Source: Geopsychrobacteraceae bacterium
Lineage (GTDB): Bacteria > Desulfobacterota > Desulfuromonadia > Desulfuromonadales > Geopsychrobacteraceae
Direction of reading: 5' to 3'
Length of the DNA: 64,000 nt
NCBI GenBank assembly: GCA_963662315.1
Contig: OY759353.1
Coordinates: 928,001-992,000, forward strand
Position numbers and translations under genes: made by a program
The notes under the pieces: model-generated
The model's database searches: none
Told to the model about the DNA's origin: nothing
What the model saw: the letters and a program-made list of their open reading frames with translations, nothing else
Shown: piece after piece, positions 43,731 to 51,157 of the stretch
How the letters are laid out: each line of letters opens with the position of its first letter
Numbering within the stretch: position 1 is the first letter of the stretch

Positions 43731-44930
43731 ATGACGGCATATAAAGGAACGATTGGAATTCTGACTGGCGGTGGTGATGTCCCAGGATTGAATCCGGCGA
43801 TCAGGGCGATTACGGTGCGGGCATTGCGCGAGGGGTTCAAGGTCATTGGTATTCGGCGCGGCTGGGCCGGGCTGGTGGATATGATTCCTGATCCGCAGGT
43901 GGACAACAGTAATAATTATCGCGTGCTGAGCGAAGACCTGGTCAACCGCGCCGGACGGACCGGCGGCACTTTTCTGCATACCTCCCGGACCCGGCCGAGC
44001 CACTTGCCGCTGAGCAACCTGCCTCCCCATCTGCGTGACAAATATCAGGACGATGTTAATGATGTGACAGCAGATGTGCTGAAGAATATTGAATTTCTCG
44101 GCATTGATACGCTGATTCCCATCGGCGGCGACGATACCCTCAGTTATGGGCTCCGACTGCATCAGGAAGGGGTGAAGGTGGTCGCTATTCCTAAAACAAT
44201 GGACAACGATGTCCCCGGCACCGACTACTGCATCGGTTTTTCCACGTGTGTCACCCGCACCATAGAAATGACCCACAGTTTGCGCACCTGCGCCGGTTCC
44301 CATGAACGGTTCCTGGTGCTGGAGGTGTTTGGCCGTTATGCCGGCTTCTCGGCGTTGTTACCGGCCATGGCCGGGGCGTCGGATCGCTGTATTATCCCCG
44401 AGCATCCGTTTGCCATCGAGAAGCTGGTAGAGCTCCTCAGTCAGGATCGGCATAAACATCCGAGTAACTACTCTGTCGTGCTGATTTCCGAGGGCGCGAC
44501 CATGCTGCATCAGAACAATATGTCCTTTGAAGGGGATGAACAGGATCAGTACGGGCATAAAAAGCTTGGTGGGATCGGTGATCAGGTGGCCCGTGAATTA
44601 AAAGAGTTGTCACCGCAGTTCAATGACGGGCGGCGGGTGAATGTTGTGAATCAGCGGCTTGGTTACCTGGTTCGTGGCGGCGACCCCGATGCCATCGATT
44701 CCATCGTGCCCATGGCGTTCGGCAACCTGGCTCTGGACCTGGTGCTGCAGGGAATTTCCGGACGTTTGGTCAGCCTGCGCAACGGCTGCTACGACAATGT
44801 GCCCATTGACGTGGTCACCGGGCGCAAGAAAATCGTCGATATCCACAAATATTACAATGCTGAACGCCTGCGCCCCCGGTACGAATCCTTTTCCCGGCAA
44901 CCGCTATTCATTATGACCAGTGACCTTTAG
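43731..44930 (+). CDS. Second 6-phosphofructokinase, PPi-type signature
   Basis: TGGGDVPG, GGDDT, PKTMDND, FGRYAG. RBS AGGAG before ATG 43731. Confidence 0.85.
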   Translation: MTAYKGTIGILTGGGDVPGLNPAIRAITVRALREGFKVIGIRRGWAGLVDMIPDPQVDNSNNYRVLSEDLVNRAGRTGGTFLHTSRTRPSHLPLSNLPPHLRDKYQDDVNDVTADVLKNIEFLGIDTLIPIGGDDTLSYGLRLHQEGVKVVAIPKTMDNDVPGTDYCIGFSTCVTRTIEMTHSLRTCAGSHERFLVLEVFGRYAGFSALLPAMAGASDRCIIPEHPFAIEKLVELLSQDRHKHPSNYSVVLISEGATMLHQNNMSFEGDEQDQYGHKKLGGIGDQVARELKELSPQFNDGRRVNVVNQRLGYLVRGGDPDAIDSIVPMAFGNLALDLVLQGISGRLVSLRNGCYDNVPIDVVTGRKKIVDIHKYYNAERLRPRYESFSRQPLFIMTSDL

Positions 44931-45014
44931 CGATATTGCGGATTTATTTGGGGCAGACCCGGTTGATCTTTCATCCGCGGCTCTGCCCCAGACCTGATTT
45001 CTCCGGTAGGAAAA

Positions 45015-45308
45015 TTAAATGCCGTAGTCGCGTCGCGCTAAACCTTGGCGACCCGAACCCGAAAAGCGGAGTACCATTAACTTTTGCCCAGACTTTGCGC
45101 CAATTGGTGCTCTGCCTTTTGTTTCCAGGCGCTAGTCGCATCCGGACTTTCCCAGTAAGAAACGGTGATACCCAAACCCTCTCTGGCCGATTCTACACCC
45201 AGAAACCCCGGCTGTTTTGCTGCCAACGCCATCATCGCCATCTGTTCGGTGGCTGCTGAAAATGACAGCGTAATAGGATGGTTTTGGTGTCTCGGCAATA
45301 TCTGACAT
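45015..45308 (-). pseudogene. Antibiotic biosynthesis monooxygenase (ABM) family pseudogene
   Basis: MSDIAETPKPSYYAVIFSSHRTDGDDG, frameshift to LAAKQPGFLGVESAREGLGITVSYWE, in-frame TAA and TAG, and a 5-nt duplication near the end. Confidence 0.8.
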
Positions 45309-45369
45309 AGTCTCCTCTTTTGACGATCCAATTCCTTGTGCAGCTCCGCTGCCGGACAATTTAAAAAAT

Positions 45370-45517
45370 CTACGTTGCAACATCATGAATAATCAGACGA
45401 TCGCGGTTCTTGGAGAAGGTTGAGTGATCCCAAACCTTTGTCATCCATGGATAAACCGACAAACCAGCGAAACAGCAGCTCGGGCTGAATCGAAGACCAA
45501 CTGGTGTAAGAATACAT
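45370..45517 (-). mobile_element. IS5/IS1182-type transposase relic
   Basis: Minus strand gives MYSYTSWSSIQPE-LLFRWFVGLSMDDK, frameshift, VWDHSTFSKNRDRLIIHDVA*: conserved N-terminal motifs with an internal deletion. Confidence 0.75.
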
Positions 45518-45653
45518 CCAACAGTCCCTTATGCCAGAAAAATAACCCTATATATTTGACTCTTCTTGATTTGTTTGGTTGCAGTGCTCCAGAAAAAGAA
45601 CCTTGGGTCGAGATTTTTAAAACCAAATTATGCAGACACTCCACTTTTACTTT

Positions 45654-45701
45654 GACGCATATATTGTGGCGTGATATTTAAGTCACCACAACATAATGAT
45701 A
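45654..45701 (+). promoter_or_regulatory. Tandem NrdR boxes overlapping the putative nrdD promoter
   Basis: GACGCATATATTGTGG (45654-45669) and CCACAACATAATGATA (45686-45701), 32 bp apart, resemble acaCwAtATaTwGtgt; TTGACG (45652) and TG-n-TATTTA (45672-45680) overlap them. Confidence 0.7.
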
Positions 45702-45881
45702 ATCGGTTTTCCAAAAGAGGAATTTTCCATCCCCTTGGTATTGAGGATGGGATAAGGGAAGAGGGGTGTGAATCCCCCGCGGACCCGCCGCTGTGAGCGA
45801 TGACGAAGGACGTATACCACTGGTGTAAACCGGGAAGGTGTCCGGAGGATGACGCGTGAGCCAGAAGACCTGCCGATTATT
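45698..45881 (+). ncRNA. Cobalamin riboswitch
   Basis: AAGGGAA..GGTG.GAATCC..CCCGCCGCTGTGA, CCACTGG..CCGGGAAGG, B12 box GAGCCAGAAGACCTGCC; P1 GATAATCGG/CCGATTATT. Confidence 0.93.
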
Positions 45882-45954
45882 TTTCACCGTTGAGGGTTCC
45901 CCGGGTTTGGGAGCCGGTTAGCAATAGCATTATTGGACCTGATAAATACGGGAG

Positions 45955-45995
45955 GTCCGTATGCCTTAGCGACATTTTGGCATGCGGGCTTTTTT
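45955..45995 (+). terminator. Intrinsic terminator in the riboswitch expression platform
   Basis: GTCCGTATGCC/GGCATGCGGGC stem plus T6; alternative pairing GGACCT(45935)/AGGTCC(45953) could antiterminate. Confidence 0.75.
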
Positions 45996-46030
45996 ATTGC
46001 CCGCAGTAACATCATTTTTAAGGGGACATA

Positions 46031-48055
46031 ATGCCACACACTCAGGCTAGTACAAATCTGGCTCACGTTATAAAACGCGATGGAAGACAAGCACCATTCG
46101 ACAGGGAACGGATTTTTTCAGCGATATTGCGAGCCGGTAAAACCACGACCGAGTTTGATGCCAACGAAGCCACCCTGCTGACCCAGCAGGTTCTCAAGGT
46201 GCTTCAGCACCGCTTCCCAAAAGCTCCGCCGCAGGTAGAACAAATTCAGGATGTGGTCGAGCAGGTGCTGATCTCTGCCAATCATTTTGCCACCCTGCGA
46301 GCCTATGCGGTCTATCGTGAGCAACACCAGAAACTTCGCCAGGACAGGAAAACCGTCGTTGATGTCGCAGCGTCAGTCAATGAATACCTTGAACAATCCG
46401 ACTGGCGGGTTAATGCCAACGCTAACCAAGGCTATTCCCTGGGAGGCCTGATTCTTAATATTTCCGGCAAAGTAACAGCCAACTACTGGCTTAATCATGT
46501 CTACGCACCCGAGGTCGGAACAGCCCACCGGGATGGCAGTCTGCATATCCATGATCTCGACATGCTCTCCGGTTATTGCGCCGGATGGTCCCTGCGGATG
46601 TTGCTGCAGGAAGGCTTTAACGGTGTCCCGGACAAAGTTGAAGCCGCACCTCCACGCCATCTTTCCAGCGTCATCGGTCAGATCGTCAACTTCCTCGGCA
46701 CCCTGCAGAACGAGTGGGCCGGTGCCCAGGCCTTCAGCTCCTTTGACACCTACCTGGCTCCTTTTGTTCGAATCGACAAGCTGAACTATGAACAGGTTAA
46801 GCAACAATTGCAGGAACTGATTTTCAACCTCAATGTACCATCCCGGTGGGGAACCCAGACCCCCTTTACCAACCTGACCTTTGACTGGACCTGCCCTGAG
46901 GACCTGAAACAGCAGGTTCCCGTCATTGCAGGTGAAGAAATGTCTTTCTGCTACGGTGATCTACAAGCAGAAATGGATCTGATAAACCGCGCCTACATAG
47001 AAGTTATGACCGAAGGCGATGACAAAGGCAGGGTGTTTACCTTCCCCATCCCGACCTACAACATGACTCCGGAATTCCCTTGGGAGAGCGATAATGCAAA
47101 ACGCCTGTTCAGCATGACCGCCAAATACGGTCTCCCCTATTTCCAGAATTTTCTCAATTCAGAACTGCAACCCAACATGGTCCGTTCTATGTGCTGTCGT
47201 CTGCAGCTTGACCTGCGCGAACTGCTCAAGCGTGGCAACGGACTGTTTGGCTCTGCAGAACAGACCGGGTCCATCGGCGTCGTCACCATCAACTGCGCGC
47301 GTCTTGGCTATCAATATGCCGGAAACAAAGAAGGACTCTTTGCCCGGCTTGATGAGCTGCTGGAACTGTCACGGACCAGCCTGGAAGTCAAACGCAAAAC
47401 CATCCAGAGGCAAATGGACCAGGGCTTGTTTCCCTATACCCGGCGCTACCTCGGCACGTTGCGCAACCATTTTTCCACAATCGGCGTCAACGGTATCAAT
47501 GAAATGGTCCGCAATTTCACTGGCGACAGAGACACTATAACCAGCGCGGCAGGTCAAGCCTTTGCCATCGAATTCATGGATTACGTGCGTGCCAGGATGG
47601 TCGAATTTCAGGAACAGACCGGCCACATGTATAACCTCGAAGCCACACCGGCTGAAGGGACAACCTACCGCCTTGCCCGCGAGGACAGAAAACGTTTCCC
47701 CGGCATTATCCAGGCCGGTACCGCTGAGGCTCCCTATTACACCAACTCGTCACAACTGCCTGTCGGTTTTACCAACGATCCCTTTCAAGCTCTCGACCTG
47801 CAGGAAACCCTGCAGCGGAAATATACCGGCGGCACGGTTTTTCACCTGTATATGGGGGAAGCTATCGGCAGTCCGGAGGCATGTCAGAAATTGGTAAAAC
47901 GGATTCTGGAAAACTACCGGATTCCCTACCTGACCATTACTCCAACCTTTTCCATCTGTCCGGTTCATGGCTATCTCAGCGGCGAACATCCCTTTTGTCC
48001 ACTGTGCGATCAAGAACTGGAACAGCAACTTAAAAAAGAAAGGAATGTCGCATGA
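46031..48055 (+). CDS. nrdD: Class III anaerobic ribonucleoside-triphosphate reductase catalytic subunit, lacking the glycyl-radical loop
   Basis: ATP cone VIKRDG, HIHDL, GYCAGW, SMCCRL, YNLEATPAE, CPVHG..CPLC; ends without an RVxGY motif. Confidence 0.93.
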   Translation: MPHTQASTNLAHVIKRDGRQAPFDRERIFSAILRAGKTTTEFDANEATLLTQQVLKVLQHRFPKAPPQVEQIQDVVEQVLISANHFATLRAYAVYREQHQKLRQDRKTVVDVAASVNEYLEQSDWRVNANANQGYSLGGLILNISGKVTANYWLNHVYAPEVGTAHRDGSLHIHDLDMLSGYCAGWSLRMLLQEGFNGVPDKVEAAPPRHLSSVIGQIVNFLGTLQNEWAGAQAFSSFDTYLAPFVRIDKLNYEQVKQQLQELIFNLNVPSRWGTQTPFTNLTFDWTCPEDLKQQVPVIAGEEMSFCYGDLQAEMDLINRAYIEVMTEGDDKGRVFTFPIPTYNMTPEFPWESDNAKRLFSMTAKYGLPYFQNFLNSELQPNMVRSMCCRLQLDLRELLKRGNGLFGSAEQTGSIGVVTINCARLGYQYAGNKEGLFARLDELLELSRTSLEVKRKTIQRQMDQGLFPYTRRYLGTLRNHFSTIGVNGINEMVRNFTGDRDTITSAAGQAFAIEFMDYVRARMVEFQEQTGHMYNLEATPAEGTTYRLAREDRKRFPGIIQAGTAEAPYYTNSSQLPVGFTNDPFQALDLQETLQRKYTGGTVFHLYMGEAIGSPEACQKLVKRILENYRIPYLTITPTFSICPVHGYLSGEHPFCPLCDQELEQQLKKERNVA

Positions 48056-48222
48056 ACAAGAATCAAACCACAACGACCGAACTTCCCGAAGAAAAACGCC
48101 AGGCATGCGAAGTCTGGACCCGCGTTATGGGCTACCATCGTCCGGTCTCTTCGTTTAACACCGGTAAAAAAGCAGAACATGCCGAGCGACAGTTCTTCCG
48201 GGAAGCGGACCGGATCGATTAA
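48052..48222 (+). CDS. Stand-alone 56-aa NrdD glycyl-radical peptide (absent from ORF track)
   Basis: MNKNQTTTTELPEEKRQACEVWTRVMGYHRPVSSFNTGKKAEHAERQFFREADRID; AAGGA RBS and ATGA overlap with the nrdD stop. Confidence 0.88.
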   Translation: MNKNQTTTTELPEEKRQACEVWTRVMGYHRPVSSFNTGKKAEHAERQFFREADRID

Positions 48223-48225
48223 GCG

Positions 48226-48801
48226 ATGATCCGGATCGGAGGACTGCTCCCCTTTACCACCATTGACTACCCCGGCAGCCTGGCAACAGTGATTTTTTGC
48301 CAGGGCTGCCCGTGGCGTTGTCACTACTGTCACAACCGGCACTTGCTACCAGATACGCACGATAACCTGATTGACTGGAGTGACATCATCACCTTCCTTG
48401 AAAAGCGTTGCGGCCTGCTCGATGCCGTTGTTTTCAGTGGCGGAGAACCAACATTACAGTTAGAGCTCCCCGCTGCCATGGAGCACATCCGGAATATGGG
48501 CTTTAAAATCGGCCTGCACACCGGCGGGCCAGACCCGGACAGGTTACAGGACTGCCTGCCCCTGCTTGACTGGGTGGGAATGGACATCAAAGCCCCTTTT
48601 GCAGAGTATGAGCAGATCACTGGAGTTCCAGGTAGCGGAAAAGCCGCGAAACTGAGTGCTCAAAGACTCCGAGAGAGCGGTGTTGCCCATCAATTCCGCA
48701 CTACCCTCGATCCGTTTTTAAGCGAGAAAGGCCGGATTGAGGCCATGAGCATCATGGTCAACCAGTGGGGTGAAGAATTGGTGCTGCAGCCCCAATCATA
48801 A
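48226..48801 (+). CDS. nrdG: Anaerobic RNR activating enzyme (radical SAM)
   Basis: TTIDYPG, GCPWRCHYCHN, SGGEPT, MDIKA. Confidence 0.93.
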   Translation: MIRIGGLLPFTTIDYPGSLATVIFCQGCPWRCHYCHNRHLLPDTHDNLIDWSDIITFLEKRCGLLDAVVFSGGEPTLQLELPAAMEHIRNMGFKIGLHTGGPDPDRLQDCLPLLDWVGMDIKAPFAEYEQITGVPGSGKAAKLSAQRLRESGVAHQFRTTLDPFLSEKGRIEAMSIMVNQWGEELVLQPQS

Positions 48802-48827
48802 ACATTATGCAAGAATAGACAGTAGCT

Positions 48828-49469
48828 ATGCCCGTTTCTATTATTTCTACGATTCCCATTCAACTGCCCCGAGACATGATTATGACCCGGCTTGGCTACC
48901 GCAGTAGCAAAACGCTGTTGAACGGGCAGCAACATGAGCTGCTGGAGGAAACAATCGCTCTTGGGTTTTCCCTTTGCCAGCCGCGTGGTTGCTGGCTGCG
49001 CATCGCCATAAAAGAAAAACAGAACGAAGCAATCATCCTGCAGGATGGTTCAAAACTGGTCAGTTCCTCTTTGACCAGACTACTGCAGAACAGTCATGCG
49101 GTAGCCCTGCTAGCAGCGACCGTCGGTGCCGACATCGTCAGCGCAGCAACACAGGCCATTGCCAATGGCAATGGAGCCGCGGCCATTATTCTCGATGCTG
49201 TAGGGGGACAAAGTGCCGATGCAACCATGAGCTGGATCAATGAATATATCCGCGGTCAATTGAGCCGCCGCGGTGAACGCCTGACCGCCCACCGCTTTTC
49301 ACCAGGATATGGAGACTTTAGTCTTAATAATCAGAAGCTTATGTTCTCATTGCTTAAGCTGGAGCAGCTCGACTTATCACTAACTTCACGCGCCATGCTA
49401 CTTCCCGAAAAATCGGTTACCGCTGTAGCCGGTATTGAACCGGCTCTTCCCGCAGGACAAACGCAATGA
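48828..49469 (+). CDS. Stand-alone methionine synthase reactivation (AdoMet-binding) domain
   Basis: LAATVG, ILDAVG, RFSPGYGD, LPEKSVTAVAG. Confidence 0.85.
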   Translation: MPVSIISTIPIQLPRDMIMTRLGYRSSKTLLNGQQHELLEETIALGFSLCQPRGCWLRIAIKEKQNEAIILQDGSKLVSSSLTRLLQNSHAVALLAATVGADIVSAATQAIANGNGAAAIILDAVGGQSADATMSWINEYIRGQLSRRGERLTAHRFSPGYGDFSLNNQKLMFSLLKLEQLDLSLTSRAMLLPEKSVTAVAGIEPALPAGQTQ

Positions 49470-51157
49470 ATCGCCAGTTTTTTAACCGTCTGAGCACATC
49501 AACCCCCTTGGCAATAGCCATGCCGGTTGCGGTATCTGCTGTCTCCGGGGAATGCCCCGAGAGCAAACTGCTTGAACACTTTGCCCCGACCAGCGCGGTC
49601 CTGACGGAGTTTAAAGCCGCTGGTTGTACTATTGTCAGTTGCCCTTCTGCCGGTGCCAACCGCTTTAAGTTACAAGCTTACGGTCTCGCAGACCAGACCG
49701 CCCCACTCAACCGCGAACTGATGCAACGATGCCGGGCAACGCTGGGAGAACTCCCGGTCTTTGGTACTCTCGGAACCTTGGGTAAAGAGATAGAACCCTT
49801 TGGAGATCTTGATTTCGATCTCGCTGCAGCGGCCTTTAACGAACAGGGGCAAGCTCTTATTGCCGGAGGCGCAGAAGGCTTTATTGTTACCGGCATAACC
49901 CGGATTCAGGAAGCACGGGCAGCCATCATTGCCTTGCGTGAGCTTGGCAATCTGCCAGTGATCGTTGAACTGGTTATCAGCGATAAACAACCTGAACCCG
50001 GTGGTATTGATCCCCTCTCTGCCCTGATTATATTGCAAGCCCTTGGGGCCGACGCTATAGGCTTTACCGCCAGCGATGTCAGCGTCACCATGACCCGTGT
50101 TCTTTCCCAGGTAAAATGCGTTGCAAAAGTACCGTTGCTCACGTTTGCTGAACAACCATTGCGAGGCTCAGATTATCTGAAAACCTGTAACGCCCTGATC
50201 GCTGCCGGTGCGAACCTGATCGGTGTCCACCAGCATATTCCCGGCGACCAGCTTAGTGCCTTGATCAACGCCTTCCAGGCAATATCTCCACCAGCTGTTA
50301 CAGCCAAAACTGTCAGCACTATCTGCTCATGGAAGACAACTGTATTTCTGGGTCCGGACCACCCGTTTGCGGTGGTAGGTGAACGTATCAATCCGACCGG
50401 AAAAAAGGCACTTCAGGCCAGTCTGCGTGAAGGAGACCTGAGCCTGGTGCGACAATTAGCCAGGGAGCAAGAACTGCGCGGGGCAACAATCCTTGATGTC
50501 AACATGGGGCTTTCAGGTGTCGACGAAAAAGTCATGATGCTCAAAACCCTTGGAGTCCTTGCCAATCTGACCACGCTACCCCTGTGCATCGACACCACCA
50601 GGCCTGAAGTGATGGAGGCAGCACTGCGCCGCTACCCCGGCCGAGCTTTGGTCAACTCAGTATCCGGAGAACAGGAACGGCTTGATAAAACCCTCCCGGC
50701 AGCGGTCAAATACGGCGCTATGTTTATTGTTCTACCCCTGACCGATGCCGGTATCCCGGCCACTGCCCGGGAACGGATCGCGGTTATTGAAGCGATCATG
50801 GAAACCGCAGTCGGTTACGGCTGCAGCGTCGCCGATGTTGCTGTCGACGGCCTGGTCATGACTATCAGTTCTAACCCTGAAGCGGCCCGTGAGACTCTTG
50901 ACCTTATCGGCTGGTGTTCAGACACACTGCAGGTCAACACCATCGTCGGACTGTCCAATGTCTCCTTCGGCATGCCGGAACGACAATGGATCAATAGTGC
51001 CTTTCTCGGTATGGCCATGGGCCGCGGATTGACCATGGCCATAGCCAATCCGTCCTCAGCTCCGATCATGGCAACCGTGCAGTCGAGCAACGCCTTGTGG
51101 GGGCATGATGCGACCATGCTGTTGCACAGAGGAGCTTATAGCGGAGATAGCGTATGA
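49466..51157 (+). CDS. MetH paralog A: Zn-less homocysteine domain plus intact methyl-THF domain, no B12 domain
   Basis: GFTAS and IGVHQ replace GxNC and GGCC; pterin domain keeps GERINPTGKK, IDT, VNS, VD, GLSNVSFG..R. Confidence 0.82.
   Translation: MNRQFFNRLSTSTPLAIAMPVAVSAVSGECPESKLLEHFAPTSAVLTEFKAAGCTIVSCPSAGANRFKLQAYGLADQTAPLNRELMQRCRATLGELPVFGTLGTLGKEIEPFGDLDFDLAAAAFNEQGQALIAGGAEGFIVTGITRIQEARAAIIALRELGNLPVIVELVISDKQPEPGGIDPLSALIILQALGADAIGFTASDVSVTMTRVLSQVKCVAKVPLLTFAEQPLRGSDYLKTCNALIAAGANLIGVHQHIPGDQLSALINAFQAISPPAVTAKTVSTICSWKTTVFLGPDHPFAVVGERINPTGKKALQASLREGDLSLVRQLAREQELRGATILDVNMGLSGVDEKVMMLKTLGVLANLTTLPLCIDTTRPEVMEAALRRYPGRALVNSVSGEQERLDKTLPAAVKYGAMFIVLPLTDAGIPATARERIAVIEAIMETAVGYGCSVADVAVDGLVMTISSNPEAARETLDLIGWCSDTLQVNTIVGLSNVSFGMPERQWINSAFLGMAMGRGLTMAIANPSSAPIMATVQSSNALWGHDATMLLHRGAYSGDSV

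Noticed and set aside
45424..46090. Short ORFs 45424-45681, 45441-45644, 45678-45887, 45884-46090
   Set aside because: They overlap the transposase relic, NrdR boxes and riboswitch; no coding features.
47967..48158. 63-aa ORF across the nrdD end
   Set aside because: Wrong frame; the glycyl-radical motif is in 48052-48222.
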